From Candidatus Delongbacteria bacterium (GTDB lineage: Bacteria; CAIWAD01), in assembly GCA_963663545.1 (NCBI GenBank), contig OY760505.1:2496001-2560000 (forward strand): a DNA stretch of 64,000 nucleotides, given 5' to 3'. A model generated the notes under the pieces. That model was not told the DNA's origin. It worked only from the letters and a program-made list of their open reading frames with translations, and searched no databases. The position numbers and the translations under genes are program-made. Shown piece after piece: positions 32,301 through 42,947 of this stretch. Each line of letters opens with the position of its first letter. Positions within the stretch are counted from its first letter, which is position 1.

Positions 32301-33944
32301 GTTCGCAAAGCTCGCAGCGTGGGAGTCGCCAGCGGGTAGATTCTGCCACAGTTCAAACTCGCCCTGAATCAGACAGGAGCCGATGTAGGGGATGTGATAG
32401 TCGAGGAAGCCGCCGTAGTAGCCGCCGCAAATCACATTGTTGTAGGCGGTGTGTGTGCCTAGTGTCGCGAATCCCATGCTGGCCACGGCACCACCGGGCG
32501 CACGCAGGAAACACTCAGTAAAGTCGTCGCCGCTGATGAAGTCGCCGGTGCCGCAAGTAAAAATGGTCACTACGGGATAGCGCGGACCCTGGTTCAGGTT
32601 CTGCACATCGCTGCAGCTGAGTTCTTCCATACCCACATAGCCACGATAGTTGTAAAAGGCGATGCCGGCGTTGAACCAGTCGTCGACGTGACTGCTACCG
32701 CAGCACATGCAGGTGTCCACATCGTCAATGCTGCGCTGTTCCACCATTTCGCCCACGATGGAGCGTGTCAGCGTTTTCATGGAAAGGTGGCAGTGGTCGC
32801 TACCCACGGTGAAGCCAACGCCATTCAGCCAGGAGTCTCCCGCCTGCAGTGGATCGCTTTCGTAGGTGACGATTTTGTTCATCACCGAGGCGAGCTGGCT
32901 GGCATTGTCCACCGAGATACGGCCAACCGCGACATCACCCAGGATATCGTTTCCCTCAATGGCTGAATAGTACTGGTCATAGTCGGTACTGCCGGAAGGG
33001 ATGGCAAAGGAACCGTCTGTATCACCGATCAGGATGACAAAGTCGATGGGGTCATTGCTCTGATATTCGCTGATGATGCGGTTGCGGATATTGGAGGCCG
33101 TGAAACTGATGTTCTGCTGTGTCACTTCTGTGATACGAAAACCGCGATCGAGCTTCCACTGCTTCCACATGACGTAGCCCGCATTGGATTGCGCCGTTGT
33201 ATTCACAAACACCAGATAGCGGCCGGGCACGGTGCCTGGATTGTGATACGCGCTCTCCATTGCACCTTCTTCTGTCGCGGGGTTGAAGACTTGCATATCG
33301 ATCATGTGGTCCAGCGGCCCTTGGCGATCATTCAGGTGTATCACGCGCTGATTGATGGGGTTCTCGCCGGAGAAGGTCAGCTCAAGATCCAGGCTGTGCC
33401 ATACACGGGCTTCACCCGTTACCGGATTCACTTGAACCGGAGCCAGTTGCAGGCTGATCAGGCGACGGTTGCGCATCAGTGCGGGATCGCTGATTGTGGC
33501 GGGTTCAGCCGGGTAATAGGCATTGGTTGCGTAAAGGTCCAGATCCTGCTGCCAGGGGAGGGGAAGCTCAAACTCCTGGTGCAGGGTTTCCTGGGCAGGA
33601 TAGAATAAACTGTGATACACCAATTCACTTTCGCCGCGTATCACGCGAACATGGACGTCGGCGCGATCAGGAATCTCGATCAGTTGTGTCACAAGAGGCA
33701 GCTCGGGGGCTCCGGGTTTGCATAGCATTGATTGCCCGTCTACGCTGTAGCGCACCCACTCTACGCCAAAGACTTCCTGCAGATCCATCTCCACCGGGGG
33801 GAGATCGATATGCAGCGTGTGTCGTGCAGCGTCTGAACTGACCTCACTGTCTGTAACACGAAGCAGGGATGCCCAGGTTGTGCTACTCGATGCAAGTAAC
33901 AAGAGAACCGGCATCCGGCTCCAAAAGGGTTTGCTAAGGATCAT
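29352..33944 (-). CDS. Gingipain (peptidase C25)-family secreted protein 1 with T9SS-type C-terminal domain
   Basis: Signal peptide, C25 propeptide (PGAPELP), ILIGD, D..YS..EG.D...DVAVGRI, NYRGY, FTCGTGDF, NLMGDP. CTD PNPFNPST...LASGMY...LMK. ATG 33944 has a GGAG RBS. Confidence 0.9.
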   Translation of the reverse strand: MILSKPFWSRMPVLLLLASSSTTWASLLRVTDSEVSSDAARHTLHIDLPPVEMDLQEVFGVEWVRYSVDGQSMLCKPGAPELPLVTQLIEIPDRADVHVRVIRGESELVYHSLFYPAQETLHQEFELPLPWQQDLDLYATNAYYPAEPATISDPALMRNRRLISLQLAPVQVNPVTGEARVWHSLDLELTFSGENPINQRVIHLNDRQGPLDHMIDMQVFNPATEEGAMESAYHNPGTVPGRYLVFVNTTAQSNAGYVMWKQWKLDRGFRITEVTQQNISFTASNIRNRIISEYQSNDPIDFVILIGDTDGSFAIPSGSTDYDQYYSAIEGNDILGDVAVGRISVDNASQLASVMNKIVTYESDPLQAGDSWLNGVGFTVGSDHCHLSMKTLTRSIVGEMVEQRSIDDVDTCMCCGSSHVDDWFNAGIAFYNYRGYVGMEELSCSDVQNLNQGPRYPVVTIFTCGTGDFISGDDFTECFLRAPGGAVASMGFATLGTHTAYNNVICGGYYGGFLDYHIPYIGSCLIQGEFELWQNLPAGDSHAASFANWANLMGDPGTTMWLGTPGEFDTVLPDEIDVNNPGLELILSSDGVPVSEVAVCLYQENFTDELQLVEMSDENGRVFFDLSDIDTGSLQITMYHQLYAPVSQSVDVVAGLGLTLAGWSFGSNDHIVPGTSDQTLSLTLRNEGASTLEIDNVFLSLAEEFGTLSGTPSGSITLAPDGDTILDGYTLSVPQELADGQVLPLQLSVVVGTSTHDYRLPLVVGSALPEIRVISFPAGSPDPGDTAEVVLRVENVGSQTDDLSFTLEGLIASMVSVEDTLPITVNAFAPGDYENLSFTVSLSDLAVPGMQAPMRLSWVSGSLNMLGSTELSLDIGTPTANDPTGPDSYGYWAFEDLDTGYDMAPEYEWVEIVPQNGGSGERLDIYDGGNEQDDALWMDLPFTFTFYGQDYDRVFVCSNGFISFAENGFGEVDFRNHYFPSAIGPDAMIAPMWDDHLTGSTSTTNGVYYWYDEEMNRAVFTWNNLSANSSGGPNTFQLLLNDPAYYPTITGDGSFLFQYADFNDNQNASTDFPYCSVGIKNHESNVGLNLLNYHVLNSTMHSIADGRAILLTTTLSGALSPPELGISMESVSVSFYDEGEQSVDLLLENLGQMPLVWSAHLENPSRDSGGPDSFGYTWKDNAEADGPEFNWVDHEADGHAVTFAHHDSCSALIDPGMFVHLYGRRCNDFRISPNGYIAFSDGDAYPNNTELPSASAPEFIVAGWWDNLKPEPNTAGYCWWWSDGSDSLVVTWQDVPHYNPFSHGGPFTFQIIMHRLGEITLQVLNTDSEIYDEGDSGTIGIQGTTTEGLTLLYNESIADREPWCATLTPPGWVSLPIDAEGILWDGESTTLPLTFTSSPGFLVPDGEYNMSLVISINSTEQPNIVVPLSMNVSTDVSHATLPTSTRLCGAWPNPFNPSTRIAFELAQAGPVSLRVYNLRGQLVGNLLAGQRLPAGEHEVVWEAANLASGMYIMQLHADGVQEQMKLMLMK

Positions 33945-34056
33945 TGGATTCTCCAAAAGCTGGTGGACAACAGGTCTAACGAGGGTTCAGGCGAGACGTC
34001 TCAGCTTACGAAGCCGTGAGTGCAATGTGAAGTGATATTCCGGTTATCAAAAGAAA

Positions 34057-34086
34057 AAGGCCCTCAGCCGGAGGGCGGAGGGCCTT
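34057..34086 (-). terminator. Intrinsic terminator
   Basis: AAGGCCCTC...GAGGGCCTT preceded by an A-tract. Confidence 0.75.
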
Positions 34087-34105
34087 GGTTCGCGATGCTA
34101 AAGGC

Positions 34106-37100
34106 TTACTTCATCAACATCAACTTCATCTGATCATAACCGCCATCGGTCTTGAGCTGCAGGATGTACAAGCCCGAGGCCAGGCTGGCAGCATCCCACT
34201 GCAACTCGTGATGACCCGCAGGCAGCTGCTGATTGTCCAGCAGATTCAGCACAAGCTGACCGCGCAGATTGAAGACGCGCACGCTGGCCGGTCCCGCCTG
34301 GGACAGCTCGAAGGCAATGCGCGTGCTGGGATTGAAGGGATTGGGCCAGGCGCCCACCAAACGACTGCTCTCGGGCCGCAGTGTCGGCTCATCCAGATCC
34401 GTCACATTCATCGTCACCGGAATCGAACGCTGCTGACCGGCAGGATCATTGCACAGAATGTTGATCTGCATCAGATAGTCACCATCGGGCAGCTGATAAC
34501 CGGGCAGACTTGTGGTCAGCACCTGTAGGTACTCTGTGGCACCGGCGACAACCATGCCCTCAACAGGATCCACCAGGCGAATCCACGAAGGCGGAGTCAG
34601 GCGCGCACACCAGGGCTCATGGCCGGAAATATCCTCGTTGTAGATCAGAGTCATGCCTTCGTGACTCATGCCCTGAATGCCTACGGTTCCGCTCTCGCCG
34701 GCATCGTAGACGTCACTGTCCGTGTTCAGGATCTGCAGCGTGATCTCGCCCAGACTGCGAATGATCACTTGGAAGCTAAAGGGACCGCCGTTGCTGAAGG
34801 GATTGTAATGGGGCACATCAACCCAGGTCACCACCAGACTGTCCACGCCGTCGCTCCACCACCAGCAGTAGCCTTCGGTATTCAGTTCAGGCTTCAGGTT
34901 ATCCCACCAACCCGCTACGATGTACTCGGGCGCATCCTCGGAGGGCAACTCTACGTTGTTCGGATAAGCCGCCGCGTCGCTGAAAGCAACGTAGCCGTTG
35001 GGGCTGATGCGGAAGGAGTCGAAGCGGCGTCCGTAGAGGTGGACAGGCATCTCGAGCGCAATTTCTGCCGTGGTGGAATCGTGGTGACTGAAGCTCACCG
35101 GAGTTGCTACATCGCTGTAATCCAGCCAGTTGAACTCGGGGCCGCTGTCTTCCTGGTTGTCGATCCAGGTGTAGCCGAAGTCATCGGGGCCGCCCGTATC
35201 ACGGCCAGAGGGCTCGGAAAGCCAGGCTTCCCAGAAGAGGGGCAGTTCGCCAGCGTTGTGCAGGGCAATGCTGTCCAGAACAACTTCCTCGGCACCGAGG
35301 TCCAGCACCAGTTCTTCCGTGCTTAACTGCAGTTCCGGCGGCAGCAGGGAGCCGGACATGGTCGTCGTCATCCGAATTGCCACACCATCAGCAATGGCGT
35401 GCATCGTACTTGGACGGACGCCGTAGTTCAGCAGGGTCGTGCCCATGGTTGAGCTCCAGTCTTTGAAGCCCACCGAGCAACCCGGGAAGTCGGCGCCGGA
35501 GTTCTGCGTGTTGTTGAAATCCTCGTACTGGTAGACGAACTCGCCATCGCCAGTGGCCGTCGGATAATACATCGCATCAAAGAGAATCAGCTGGAAGGTG
35601 TTGGGACCGCCGGACTGGTTTGCCGGGCAGTCATTCCAGGTGAAGATGGCGCGGTGCAGGTCTTCATCATAGTAGTAGAAGACACCTACCGTACCGGAGG
35701 CCGAGGTACCTGATTCGTGGTCATCCCACATTGGAGCGATCATGGCGTCGGGGCCGATGCCGAGCGGGAAGCCGTGGTTGCGGAAGTCGACTTCGCCGAA
35801 GCCGTTCTCTTCAAAGGCAATGAAGCCGTTGGAGCAGACGAAGACTTCTTCGTAGGTCCGCCCGTAGTACGTGAAGTCAAAGGGCAGATCCATCCAGATG
35901 GCGTCATCCTGCTCTTCGCCGCCGTCGTTAATAGCTAGGCGCACGCCTTCGCCACCAAACTGCGGGACAATCTCGATCCATTCGTACTCAGGGGCCAGAT
36001 CGTAGGTGTTGTCGCTGTTTTCATAAGCCCAGTAGCCGTACTCGTCCGGACCCGTTGGATCTGTGCTACTAGCTGTTCCCACCTGCAGGTTGACGGTCGT
36101 CTGTCCGCGCGGGTCGCCGTTGTCGGTATACCAGCTCAGCTCCATCGGAATCTGCAGACCGTTGATGGTGGTTATGTCGACGCTGACGCTGTAGTCAAGA
36201 TTGACGCTTGAACCCGGCGCAAAACTGCCGACGGTAATCGGCGTGGTATTGACCTCGGCATAGTTCAACAGGGGAACCAGCTCGAAGAGCAGCGCCTCAT
36301 TTCGGCTGCCGGCGTTTTCCATTGTAACACGGAAAGTGCGCGTCATGCCCGGATCGAAACTCCCCTCGGGGTAGGAGACGTTTAGCGGTGCCGGCTCGCA
36401 GGAGGTCAGATGCAAGGGCAATAGGAGTTCGAAATCCTGCTCGCTGCTGCTCACGCTCAAGGAAACAGGAACCAGATCGCCGTCGGCAAGGGTCATCTGC
36501 GGTGATACACTGAGACCGCTGAAGGTGTGCGTGGCACCCGCCGCTAGACTGGTCAGTGTCAGCGGTCCGCCAACAACTTCACCAAAGTCCGCGTCCAGAC
36601 TTGCACTGAGGCTCAGGTTGGTGAGGGCCGCCGTGCCAAGATTCTCCAGCTCGAAGCTGAGGCTCTGATCCGCGCTAACGGTCACCAAGCCGCTGGCGGG
36701 GGCGCTGATTTCACTCAGCTGCAAGTTCTGGCTGGCCGCTCCGACGGTCACCGCCTGCTGCTGCGAGAGGTAAAGATGATGGTGCATGGTCAGCTTTGCG
36801 CTGCCATTCTCGATTTCGGGCAGGACCAGCAGTACGTGGCCATCGGCGTCGGAAAGGGCGCTGACCTGTGTTTCGCTAAGAGCTCCGTCTTGGTAGAAGG
36901 TGACCGTAACACCCTCGACGGGGACAACGCCATCTGTAATGGTGAACTCAATGTGATTCGTGCCCTCGGGAAGAGTGGCGTAATCGGAAAGCGGGGCCAC
37001 AAGGGTTCCGGGAACCCCGCACCACATCGGCATACCGGGATCACCCATCAGGTTGGCCCAATCTGCGAACTCGGTAGCGTGAACGTCATTGGCAGGCAGA

Positions 37101-38716
37101 TTGAACCACAGCTCGTACTCACCTTGAATGAGGCAGGAGCCGATCCAGGGAGTGTCGTACTCGAGCATGGAGTTGTAGAAGCCGCCGCAGACGATATTGT
37201 TGTAGCGCGTATGCGTTCCCACAGTGGCAAAGCCGATGCAGGCACTACCGCCGCCTTCGGCGGTCACGAAGTACTCGCTGTAGTCGTCGCCGCCGACAAA
37301 GTCACCGGTTCCGCAGGTGAAAATGGTCACAACCGGGTAGCGGGGACCCTGGTTCAGGTTCTGTGCCATGGAGGTGGTGAAACCGTCCATGCCTACCCAA
37401 CCGCGATAGTTGTAAAAGCAAATGCCCTCGTTGAACCAGCCCACTACCTGATCGCCGTAGCAGCAGTAGCAGGAATCGGGGAAGGTAATACCACGACGCT
37501 CGACCATTTCGCCCATGATACTGCGGCTCAGGGTCTTCATCGAGAGAAAGCAATGGCTCGAACCAACGGTGAAGCCGACGTGGTTCAGCCAGGCGGTACC
37601 GGTTTCGAGAGGGTTCTTTTCGTAGCTCAGAATCTTAAGCATGATGGCCGTCAACTGGTTGGCGTTGTCGGCGGGAATGCGGCCTACGGCCACATCGCCA
37701 AGGATATCGCCACCCTCAATGGCCGAATAGTACTGGTCCAGCTCGCCGTCGTAATCGCTGCCCTGGGTAGGAACACCAGCTACATCGCCCAACAGCATCA
37801 CGAAGTCGACGGGATCGTCACCGGAGTATTCCTGAATGATGCGGCTGCGAATGCCGCTGGCAGTCCACGAGATATCGCTGGACGAGACCGGCACGATTTC
37901 GTGGCCCTTTTCCTTCTTCCAGGCCGCCCACTGCAAATAGCCGGGGTTGCTCAGGAAGGTGCTGGAGCCGAACACCAGATACTTGCCCGGCATTGTTCCA
38001 GGGTTGTGGTAGGTCTCGCTGCTCAACGCACCGGCCTGCGGTGCGGCGGGATTGAAGATGTCACGGCTGATCAGCGCGCTCATCGGGCTGTCATCATCGG
38101 CCAGGACGAACTCTCGCTGGTTAATGGGGTTTTCGCCCACATAGCGCACCGAGAGCTCCATACGGCTCCAGATGCGCGTCATGCCGGTGACGGGATTTAC
38201 CTGCACCGGATGCAGCGCCAGATTGACAACGCGGTTGTTGCGCATCAAAGCTGGATCACTGACTTCGGCTACCTCCGCCGGCCAGAAGGCGTCGCTGCTG
38301 TAAACGTCAGCAGACTGCAACCAGGCCAGAGGCAGGTCATACTCTGTGTGAAGGCGCTCCTGTTGAGGATAGGCGAGCGCAAGTTGCTGATCGGTGTATT
38401 CACCGCCCACAACCTGCACTTCGACACCCGCCCGGTCGGGCATGGCCAGCAACTGGTGTACAGCGGGTAGATCCGGCGCCCCGGGAATGCCGAGGTAACC
38501 GGCGCCTTCAATCGTGAAGGTCTGCCAGCGGATGCCAGTGTCCACTTCCTGCCCCAGTGTGACGGGAGGAAGCTCCACACTTACCGTATAACGATCCCCT
38601 CCAGCCTCAACTTCGTGATCAACGAGTTGCAGACCGGCGGCCAAGACTCCCTGAAGGCATAAGCCCCCAAGCAGCAAAGCCAAGCTTGCGCGCAGATTGT
38701 GACTGCCGAGTAACAT
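34106..38716 (-). CDS. Gingipain (C25)-family secreted protein 2 with T9SS-type CTD; paralog of protein 1
   Basis: Same architecture (NYRGW, FTCGTGDF, NLMGDP, PNPFNP). Start moved to ATG 38716 (GGAGAG RBS, followed by a signal peptide). Confidence 0.9.
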   Translation of the reverse strand: MLLGSHNLRASLALLLGGLCLQGVLAAGLQLVDHEVEAGGDRYTVSVELPPVTLGQEVDTGIRWQTFTIEGAGYLGIPGAPDLPAVHQLLAMPDRAGVEVQVVGGEYTDQQLALAYPQQERLHTEYDLPLAWLQSADVYSSDAFWPAEVAEVSDPALMRNNRVVNLALHPVQVNPVTGMTRIWSRMELSVRYVGENPINQREFVLADDDSPMSALISRDIFNPAAPQAGALSSETYHNPGTMPGKYLVFGSSTFLSNPGYLQWAAWKKEKGHEIVPVSSSDISWTASGIRSRIIQEYSGDDPVDFVMLLGDVAGVPTQGSDYDGELDQYYSAIEGGDILGDVAVGRIPADNANQLTAIMLKILSYEKNPLETGTAWLNHVGFTVGSSHCFLSMKTLSRSIMGEMVERRGITFPDSCYCCYGDQVVGWFNEGICFYNYRGWVGMDGFTTSMAQNLNQGPRYPVVTIFTCGTGDFVGGDDYSEYFVTAEGGGSACIGFATVGTHTRYNNIVCGGFYNSMLEYDTPWIGSCLIQGEYELWFNLPANDVHATEFADWANLMGDPGMPMWCGVPGTLVAPLSDYATLPEGTNHIEFTITDGVVPVEGVTVTFYQDGALSETQVSALSDADGHVLLVLPEIENGSAKLTMHHHLYLSQQQAVTVGAASQNLQLSEISAPASGLVTVSADQSLSFELENLGTAALTNLSLSASLDADFGEVVGGPLTLTSLAAGATHTFSGLSVSPQMTLADGDLVPVSLSVSSSEQDFELLLPLHLTSCEPAPLNVSYPEGSFDPGMTRTFRVTMENAGSRNEALLFELVPLLNYAEVNTTPITVGSFAPGSSVNLDYSVSVDITTINGLQIPMELSWYTDNGDPRGQTTVNLQVGTASSTDPTGPDEYGYWAYENSDNTYDLAPEYEWIEIVPQFGGEGVRLAINDGGEEQDDAIWMDLPFDFTYYGRTYEEVFVCSNGFIAFEENGFGEVDFRNHGFPLGIGPDAMIAPMWDDHESGTSASGTVGVFYYYDEDLHRAIFTWNDCPANQSGGPNTFQLILFDAMYYPTATGDGEFVYQYEDFNNTQNSGADFPGCSVGFKDWSSTMGTTLLNYGVRPSTMHAIADGVAIRMTTTMSGSLLPPELQLSTEELVLDLGAEEVVLDSIALHNAGELPLFWEAWLSEPSGRDTGGPDDFGYTWIDNQEDSGPEFNWLDYSDVATPVSFSHHDSTTAEIALEMPVHLYGRRFDSFRISPNGYVAFSDAAAYPNNVELPSEDAPEYIVAGWWDNLKPELNTEGYCWWWSDGVDSLVVTWVDVPHYNPFSNGGPFSFQVIIRSLGEITLQILNTDSDVYDAGESGTVGIQGMSHEGMTLIYNEDISGHEPWCARLTPPSWIRLVDPVEGMVVAGATEYLQVLTTSLPGYQLPDGDYLMQINILCNDPAGQQRSIPVTMNVTDLDEPTLRPESSRLVGAWPNPFNPSTRIAFELSQAGPASVRVFNLRGQLVLNLLDNQQLPAGHHELQWDAASLASGLYILQLKTDGGYDQMKLMLMK

Positions 38717-39133
38717 GCGGCTCTCCGATGTTGTTGTCCAGCGGAAGTAAAATTCAAGTCGGTTCACGTCGCAAAAACCAAGCCCAAGGAAAAACACGTA
38801 CTTCAGGATTCCGTAGGCGAAGCTCAACTGAACAACTTAGGATAATCTACCAGCGTGGGAAGCCGTTTGCGTGTAAGTGCGGAGTTGTCCCTCAACGTAG
38901 TGTCCTTGATCTGTACTATTGAAGTGCGCCAAGGGGAGTCGCTTAGGCCTTACATTATATTCACAGTATTTAACACTCCTGCATTCGGGGGCGGGAAAAT
39001 GGCCCGAAACAATGCTGATTGAGTTGGAACGGGCTTTGCAGGATAAGGCGCACTTCGAATTCATGCGCAGAAGGATTTCGCCAACGCCAGTGATCCTGCC
39101 TAGTGGGGGGCGAACAAGTATCGGAGAGTAGGT

Positions 39134-42100
39134 GTGGTAAAGGCTCGCGTTCAAGTTCACCCTTTGTGCATACGCGTCTTTGTGTTGGCCTCACTCCTCG
39201 TGGGGCTTTGGCGTTTTGTGCAGGCGCAACCCGCGGATTCACAAGGTGTGAGCGTCAATGTGCAGGAGAACGCTGGCGGCCTCGTTCGCGTCGAGCTGCT
39301 TCTGAAGGAGTACCAGCTTCGCAGCCATCCCGAGGGTGTTGAACTGCTCATCGCCGGACTTGATGGCATGCCTGCGCCGGGCGGACCCGCCTTCCTGATT
39401 TGGAGCGGCTTGCTGCTCCTGCCCGAAGGCGTTTGCGTTGGGCTGCACGAAGTCGAGCGCGAAGAGGAGAATCTTGGAACACGCACTTTGCTAAGCGTGC
39501 CGCCCAGCTTGAGCGAGAAAGAGGCGTGCGAGCAGATTCGCGAACCCTGGACGAAACACAGCCGCTGGCCTGAAGAGCCGCTTTGGAACGAGTCACCGGC
39601 GCGCTGGCTTGGTCGCCGTGTGCTTCCTATAAGTGCGGCAATGGCGCGTGTCGACGAAAAGGGCGACTTGCATTTGCTGAAGCGTCTTGTCTTTGAGCTA
39701 CGTCCGACGGGCAGCGAGTGCCGCGAGGCGCACAGCCGCCGTCCGGCCCCTTCACCGGTGCTGGATCAGGTGGTTGCTGCAGCGGTGCTCAACCCTGGCA
39801 CCTTGCGCGAGCTGCGACCGGCCGATAAACTTGGCCGTTATCTCGTAGTTACTCCCGACGCCGCTCTACCCTATCTGGACGACTGGCTGCTGGAGAAGCG
39901 GCTGCAGGGCTGGGAGATGTCCATCGTGCCTGAAAGTGAACTGGCTGACAATGGACAACCGGAGTTCGACCTGATTCTCGAGCGCGTGCAGCAGGAGTAC
40001 GAGGATAACGGCGTCGATTGTCTGCTGCTCGTCGGCGACATCGACCGTTACGAAAACGCTTCTCCCTGGAATCTTGAGGCGGGCTTCATCCCGGGGGGTG
40101 CCTATGCCGAGAGTCATTGGAGTTCGCGCTGTGATGCATACGATTGCATTGTCAGTGATCACTTGCTTTCGCTCTGTGAAGGCGACGATTACTTCGCCGA
40201 CATTCTTGTTGGTCGCTGGTCGGTGGACAATGCGCAGCAGATGGCAACGGTAGTCGCGCGCAGTGTGGCCTACGAAACAAAGCTGCTGCAGACCTCGGGC
40301 ACCGACTGGTATTCGCACGGCTTGATGATTTACGATATCGCTGGAGCCGGCAGTCGTCGTGAGACAAAGCAGGCCATTCGAAATCGACTTCTGGATTTTG
40401 GTATGACGCAGGTGGATACCATCTCCAATCACTATTGGCTGAATCCCGTCTCGCCCTATCTGGTGGTGCAGGACGTGAATGCCGGAGTGTCTCTGGTGAA
40501 TTATCGCGGCTACGGTCAGCGCTCAACCTGGGTCGGTCCCGCATTCAACGTCGAACACATCACGTACGATCTAAGCAATGCAGGTCGTTGGCCTTTGGTG
40601 ACCAGCATCGTCTGTGGGGGCGGAGACTTCGCCTCTGTCGGGTCGGATCCCTGTTTCGGCGAAGCGTGGCTACGTGCCGGTGATGCCGCAGCGCCCTATG
40701 GCGCTGTCGCCTTTATTGGTCCTTCTGAAGAAGACACACACACGCGCTGGAACAACTGTCTCGATCAGGGCTTGTATCACGGCCTTGTTGCCGAGAATAC
40801 GCGTCTGATTGGCGCTTTATTGGATCGTGGCAAACAGGAAGTCTACGAGTGCTTTCCCCTGGAGCGCGAGTGGGGATCGCCCGGACAGAGTGTGCCGTTC
40901 TATTTCCATTGCTACAACTTGCTGGGCGATCCGGGGTTGGAAGTGCGTACCGTCGAGCCGTGTTCATTGATGGTCAGCTGTGATACACTTGTGTTGGGGC
41001 AGTCGTCCATGCGCATTGGTATCACCGATGATACGGGCAGACCTGTAGCAGGTGCGCGCTGCTGCCTGCTGGTGGCGGACACACTGCGACTTGCCTTTGC
41101 CTTCAGCGATGAGTCGGGCGAGGCACTGCTGGAGTTTGACCCTCTGCAGTACTCTGCGGTGACGCTGGGAGTAAGTGCGCCGGATGCGCTTCCGCGGAGT
41201 TTCGAAATGATCTGTGCGGAAACAGACAGCAGACCTGATTTCCTCGGCCTTGTGATACAAGGGGATGACGATGGTCTGGCCAGTCCACGTGAGACCCTTG
41301 TACTTGAACCGGTCTTCGTCGAGCGTGGCAGTAACGGTGACGCCACTGCAACTCTTGAGCTGCAAAGCCTTCATTCAGGCCTGACCATTGTGCAATCACT
41401 GGCCACTCTTCTAGGCGCAATGCCCGGTGATACAATGCATGTCGATGCACCCTGGCGGGTGGAGATCGCATCTGGGCTTGAACACGGCCAGTTGCTGCCA
41501 ATGGACATTCTTCAGGGGGGCGAGTGGCTTGCCCGCGCACAATTGCGTGTCAGTGCACCTATGTTGCGCCTGCAATCAGCGGAAGTGGGCGGTCAAAGTC
41601 TGGAGCCCGGTGCAGAGGGGCTAGTGACTCTGAGGGTGGATAATATTGGTGGACAGCAGCTGGATAGTGTGTACTACAAATTGAGCTCCCTCAGCAATGG
41701 ACTTGAGATTGACGAGGAACTGATAGGGCCAGTCGCGTTAGCGCCCGGTGATACAATGCTGCTTTCGGGCGGAAGCTGGAGTCTGAGCGAGGACCTGGTG
41801 CGTGGCGAGTCGCTCTCCTTGCGATTGCAGGCTTGGACACTTGACGAGGACACGGTGACGCAGCCGCCGTTGCTGAATAACCTGATGCAGACAAGCCTGG
41901 GTGTAAACGGCCAAGGGGACCCGCTGGGGCCTGATGCCTTTGGCCACTTGATCTACGACAACCTAGACGAGGGGTGGAGCGGAGTGCCGCTGGATCAGTG
42001 GTTTGAAATCAGCGCCATAGGGCAGGAGCAGGATCTCGAGGATCAGTTCAACGCCTTCAACGAAGGCTGTGACGGTGTGAGCCTTCTGCTGGATCTTCCC

Positions 42101-42928
42101 TTCGACTTTCCTTTCTGGGGCGAGCTGTATCACACACTTACGGTCAACTCAAACGGCTGGATCGCTTTTGGTGACCAGCGAGAGTACATCTCGGGCTTGA
42201 ACGCCCCCATTCCTTCAGCGCAAAGCGCACCGGGACTTGTGGCTGTTCAATGGACGGACCTTTACAGTGCTTACAATACCTCCGCAGTGGGTCATTTCTA
42301 TTCGTATCACAACCAGGACGATGGCGTCTATGTGCTGGAGTGGCTGAATTTCCGATTTGATTACAGCACAATCTCCACAACTTTCCAGATACAATTGCTC
42401 GATCCGTCCCGCTATCCCTTGCCGAACGGCGAAGGACAGATGATCGTGCACTACCAGGATGCACGTGATGATCTGGGTGATCTGGGTGTAACCATCGGTA
42501 TCGAAGATCCTCAGCAAAACCATGGCTTGCAGTACACGTTTGCCCGGCAGTATCCGGACTGTGCCCAGCCTCTCGATGATGGACTTTCGCTCTGGATCAC
42601 TAGTTCGCCCCTCTACAGCACAGTAGACGAACCCCGTTCCGTGACACAGAGTTGGGAAGTCGGCTTAATGACCTATCCCAACCCGGCCAATCCCGTTGCG
42701 CAACTGAGCTGGCAACAGCCGCAGCATGCACGCGGCGACTGGTCGCTCTACAACCTTCGCGGAGCCCGTGTGATACACGAAGAGCTGGGCGAGTTAGCCG
42801 CAGGTGCACAACGTGTTACCGTTGACAGCAGTGCTTTGGCCAGTGGTATGTATTTCGCCGTCCTGCGTTTGCGTAGCTCAGACGGTGTGATACATCGAAG
42901 TAGCTGTAAAATGATCATGATGAAGTAG
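39134..42928 (+). CDS. Gingipain (C25)-family secreted protein 3 with T9SS-type CTD
   Basis: LLLVGD, DILVGR, VSLVNYRGYG, SIVCGGGDF, PCFGEAWLR, YNLLGDP; CTD YPNPANP...LASGMYF...MMK. Confidence 0.9.
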   Translation: MVKARVQVHPLCIRVFVLASLLVGLWRFVQAQPADSQGVSVNVQENAGGLVRVELLLKEYQLRSHPEGVELLIAGLDGMPAPGGPAFLIWSGLLLLPEGVCVGLHEVEREEENLGTRTLLSVPPSLSEKEACEQIREPWTKHSRWPEEPLWNESPARWLGRRVLPISAAMARVDEKGDLHLLKRLVFELRPTGSECREAHSRRPAPSPVLDQVVAAAVLNPGTLRELRPADKLGRYLVVTPDAALPYLDDWLLEKRLQGWEMSIVPESELADNGQPEFDLILERVQQEYEDNGVDCLLLVGDIDRYENASPWNLEAGFIPGGAYAESHWSSRCDAYDCIVSDHLLSLCEGDDYFADILVGRWSVDNAQQMATVVARSVAYETKLLQTSGTDWYSHGLMIYDIAGAGSRRETKQAIRNRLLDFGMTQVDTISNHYWLNPVSPYLVVQDVNAGVSLVNYRGYGQRSTWVGPAFNVEHITYDLSNAGRWPLVTSIVCGGGDFASVGSDPCFGEAWLRAGDAAAPYGAVAFIGPSEEDTHTRWNNCLDQGLYHGLVAENTRLIGALLDRGKQEVYECFPLEREWGSPGQSVPFYFHCYNLLGDPGLEVRTVEPCSLMVSCDTLVLGQSSMRIGITDDTGRPVAGARCCLLVADTLRLAFAFSDESGEALLEFDPLQYSAVTLGVSAPDALPRSFEMICAETDSRPDFLGLVIQGDDDGLASPRETLVLEPVFVERGSNGDATATLELQSLHSGLTIVQSLATLLGAMPGDTMHVDAPWRVEIASGLEHGQLLPMDILQGGEWLARAQLRVSAPMLRLQSAEVGGQSLEPGAEGLVTLRVDNIGGQQLDSVYYKLSSLSNGLEIDEELIGPVALAPGDTMLLSGGSWSLSEDLVRGESLSLRLQAWTLDEDTVTQPPLLNNLMQTSLGVNGQGDPLGPDAFGHLIYDNLDEGWSGVPLDQWFEISAIGQEQDLEDQFNAFNEGCDGVSLLLDLPFDFPFWGELYHTLTVNSNGWIAFGDQREYISGLNAPIPSAQSAPGLVAVQWTDLYSAYNTSAVGHFYSYHNQDDGVYVLEWLNFRFDYSTISTTFQIQLLDPSRYPLPNGEGQMIVHYQDARDDLGDLGVTIGIEDPQQNHGLQYTFARQYPDCAQPLDDGLSLWITSSPLYSTVDEPRSVTQSWEVGLMTYPNPANPVAQLSWQQPQHARGDWSLYNLRGARVIHEELGELAAGAQRVTVDSSALASGMYFAVLRLRSSDGVIHRSSCKMIMMK

Positions 42929-42947
42929 ACGAAACAGGAAAGATGCC

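Noticed and set aside
36776..38470. 564-aa plus-strand ORF, and similar long antisense ORFs such as 1394-2581, 22403-23431 and 17720-18604
   Set aside because: They lie antisense to clear genes, have no recognisable motifs, and are the expected shadow of GC-rich codon usage.
38837..39160. Short ORFs in the divergent spacer between the C25 pairs
   Set aside because: No convincing RBS or family motifs; the AT-richer region is better explained as promoter DNA.
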